In this document: positions 35,336 through 38,342 of the stretch, piece by piece
Layout: the number at the start of each line of letters is the position of its first letter
How positions within the stretch are numbered: the first letter of the stretch is position 1
DNA from: Octopus bimaculoides
Taxonomy: Eukaryota
Assembly (NCBI RefSeq): GCF_001194135.2
Contig: NC_068986.1
Location: forward strand, 15,208,593 to 15,246,934
Direction of reading: 5' to 3'
DNA: 38,342 nt
Made by a program: the position numbers and the translations under genes
The notes under the pieces: generated by a model
What the model was told of the DNA's origin: nothing
The model's input: the letters and a program-made list of their open reading frames with translations, nothing else
Databases searched by the model: none

Positions 35336-35717
35336 AAAAATTAGATAATCATCTTGTATTTATGACTTACATTAATACAACAAATGCATTAACACATTCA
35401 GAACATATTAAAAGTATTATAAACCCTTATGTTTTTAAGAGCTCTTAAATAAAATATATTTTCTGACTTTAAATACCTCATTAGGGTTTCTCACTACCGT
35501 CAAAATAGTTCTAAAATTTTAATTTTTAATTTCTAATTCTAAATTTTTAATCTTAAATTTTTTACATGATTTTCTTATATTCGCTATATCACTCCATATA
35601 TCGATTTTTTTCTTGCGTATATTTTCACTTCATGTATCTTTTTATTTCTATTATATTCTTAAATAATACGTTTAAAATGTTCTGAATGTCGTAATGTCGA
35701 AAATGGAGAAATTGTCA

Positions 35718-36124
35718 TATAGACATCAGTTTATTCAAAGATATTCAAATCAATATAATATGAAATTCTTATCCCTACAGCCATTTCCATATCCAATTAG
35801 TTCAATTGGAGGAATTAAATTAAGTCAAATTAATTAAAAATTTCCCTATTGAAACTGGTTAATTGTGTATCTCATCAGAGGGGAATTCCCAAAACGCAAA
35901 CATCCGAGTCGGTCAAAGGTCGACCAACACGTTGAAATGTAAATCCTTTCTGGAAATTTTCTCCAGATGTAATACCCAAATAACCAGTCTCAATATGAAA
36001 ATTTTCAATGAATTTAATTTCATTTGATTTCTCTAATTGAACTAAGTGGATATGGAAACGGCTGTAGGGATAAGAGTTTCATATTATATTGATCTGAATA
36101 TCTTTGAATAAAATCATGTCTATA
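35718..36124. mobile_element. Foldback/MITE-like element with about 170-bp imperfect inverted arms
   Basis: 35718-35890 pairs with 35951-36124 (e.g. TTTATTCAAAGATATTCA, TCTTATCCCTACAGCC, TTTCCATATCCA). Spacer about 60 bp. The ends read TATAGACAT..ATGTCTATA, a possible TA TSD. Confidence 0.85.
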
Positions 36125-37123
36125 CGTCATTGGCATAATTGCATATACATTTATATATATTTATGTATACACACATGCGCACACAGGCGTATACACACGC
36201 ACACACACATGCATACATATATATATATATATACATACATACATATATATANNNNNNNNNNNNNNNNNNNNNNNNNNNNNNNNNNNNNNNNNNNNNNNNN
36301 NNNNNNNNNNNNNNNNNNNNNNNNNNNNNNNNNNNNNNNNNNNNNNNNNNNNNNNNNNNNNNNNNNNNNNNNNNNNNNNNNNNNNNNNNNNNNNNNNNNN
36401 NNNNNNNNNNNNNNNNNNNNNNNNNNNNNNNNNNNNNNNNNNNNNNNNNNNNNNNNNNNNNNNNNNNNNNNNNNNNNNNNNNNNNNNNNNNNNNNNNNNN
36501 NNNNNNNNNNNNNNNNNNNNNNNNNNNNNNNNNNNNNNNNNNNNNNNNNNNNNNNNNNNNNNNNNNNNNNNNNNNNNNNNNNNNNNNNNNNNNNNNNNNN
36601 NNNNNNNNNNNNNNNNNNNNNNNNNNNNNNNNNNNNNNNNNNNNNNNNNNNNNNNNNNNNNNNNNNNNNNNNNNNNNNNNNNNNNNNNNNNNNNNNNNNN
36701 NNNNNNNNNNNNNNNNNNNNNNNNNNNNNNNNNNNNNNNNNNNNNNNNNNNNNNNNNNNNNNNNNNNNNNNNNNNNNNNNNNNNNNNNNNNNNNNNNNNN
36801 NNNNNNNNNNNNNNNNNNNNNNNNNNNNNNNNNNNNNNNNNNNNNNNNNNNNNNNNNNNNNNNNNNNNNNNNNNNNNNNNNNNNNNNNNNNNNNNNNNNN
36901 NNNNNNNNNNNNNNNNNNNNNNNNNNNNNNNNNNNNNNNNNNNNNNNNNNNNNNNNNNNNNNNNNNNNNNNNNNNNNNNNNNNNNNNNNNNNNNNNNNNN
37001 NNNNNNNNNNNNNNNNNNNNNNNNNNNNNNNNNNNNNNNNNNNNNNNNNNNNNNNNNNNNNNNNNNNNNNNNNNNNNNNNNNNNNNNNNNNNNNNNNNNN
37101 NNNNNNNNNNNNNNNNNNNNNNN

Positions 37124-37153
<30 letters not shown>

Positions 37154-37155
<2 letters not shown>

Positions 37156-37312
37156 GACGGACTTCTTTTAGTTTCCTTCTACCATATCCACTCACAAGGC
37201 TTTGGTCAACCCGAGACTATAGTAGAAGACACTTGCCTAAGGTGCCACGCAGTGCGACTGAACGCAGCACCATGTGGTTGGGAAGCAAGCTACTTACCAA
37301 TGCAGTCACTCT
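37154..37312 (-). mobile_element. SINE family B 5' half
   Basis: CGACGGACTTCTTTTAGTTTCC..CCACTCACAAGGCTTTGGTC..GAAGACACTTGCCTAAGGTGCCACGCAGTG..AGCAAGCTACTTACC. Confidence 0.9.
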
Positions 37313-37434
37313 TGAGAGAATGTGTGGAAGTGGAAGTCTATACAAGCAAAGCAATCTTGTAATTATTGAATGAAAACAAATATATTGATATTAAGCAAAA
37401 AAAAAATACTGAATAATTATTTAATGGTACAAAT

Positions 37435-37610
37435 ATATGGAAGTAAAGTGGTGAAATGGCGGAATCGTTAGTGCCTCTGACAAAATGCTTCGCACCATTT
37501 CTTCAACGTCTATATGTGCTGGTTTAAAATCTCACCGAGGTTAACATTGCTTTGCATTCCTTCGGGTCGATGTAATCAACTGGTCATTCTCCCCTTAGTT
37601 AATGATGGTC
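37435..37610 (+). mobile_element. SINE family C copy
   Basis: GGTGAAATGGCGGAATCGTTAG..AAATGCTT..TTGCTTTGCATTCCTTCGGGTCGATGTAATC. Confidence 0.7.
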
Positions 37611-38342
37611 TTGAACTCTGCAAGCTATCGGCATCCCGTACTAGGAGAAACTTGTGATCTCTGTCACAAGGAAACTGCGCAAACTGCCTTATGATACCTA
37701 GGACAGCAGAATTCAATATTTCAATAATTTAACCTCAAGACTAGCAATTGTGAGGGGGTCATTTAGGCCATTATATCAGACCCAGTATTAGATTCATGCG
37801 TTTTCTCTCTTTTATTTATTTATTTATTTGTTTTGTTTTATTGGGCCTAGAAAAGAAGTATGTCAACAGCGGTATCGTCTGCTTTCCAATTCAAATGGTA
37901 AAATGTCGGAATAAACAGAGCAAAGCATTTTTGCTTTTGCAAATGTCTAACGATTCTGCCAATCCACTGTGTTTCGAAAGAAGTATCTTAAGCAAGATTT
38001 ATGCAAATATACAGATATATCACGTGGTAATTTATAACGGCAAACAATGTGAATGCAAAAAAACAAAGTAAATAACATACAAATAACTGTAGAAGATTAC
38101 TTTTGACATAAATACGAAGCCATAAATTTGAAGTTTGGACGATTATGTCCATTCTTTCCGATTAAGAAATAATTAACTTGTAACTACATAAATAATACTA
38201 CTGGGGAAAAAAATAACGACTTGTAACATGTTCTGAGCAATAAAAATACTACATACCCTACTGTAGACATTACATATTCGAAAATAATTATCTCTCGCAC
38301 TATATACATATACACATATATATGTATATATATGTATATATA

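Noticed and set aside
1256-37362. Long ORFs in the six-frame track (150-400 aa)
   Set aside because: They consist of X from N-gaps or translations of microsatellites (YIYI, THTH, CVCV, poly-N/E/K) and carry no coding signal.

Overview
Eukaryotic, AT-rich, repeat-dominated window with 14 N-gaps (about 6.2 kb), most of them flanked by microsatellites. The SINE content and microsatellite load look like an octopus genome; this is inferred from recalled repeat families, not from a database search. I recognise no intact host protein-coding gene, tRNA, rRNA or CRISPR array, and almost all long ORFs in the track are artefacts of N-runs or microsatellites. Supported content: three tRNA-derived SINE families in many copies; two R4/Dong-type RLE retrotransposon pieces sitting in (AAT)n; 3' ends of a HERO-like RLE element and a CR1/L2-group LINE; a degraded Ty3/gypsy gag-protease interrupted by a pogo/Tigger-like relic; a DD41D Tc1/mariner pseudogene and a MITE with related TIRs; a Helitron RepHel fragment; a Penelope-like RT fragment; two long foldback elements; and an inverted pair of Penelope-type repeats carrying degenerate minimal hammerhead ribozyme motifs. 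The hammerhead pair is the most interesting structure. I did not find a convincing new biological system.
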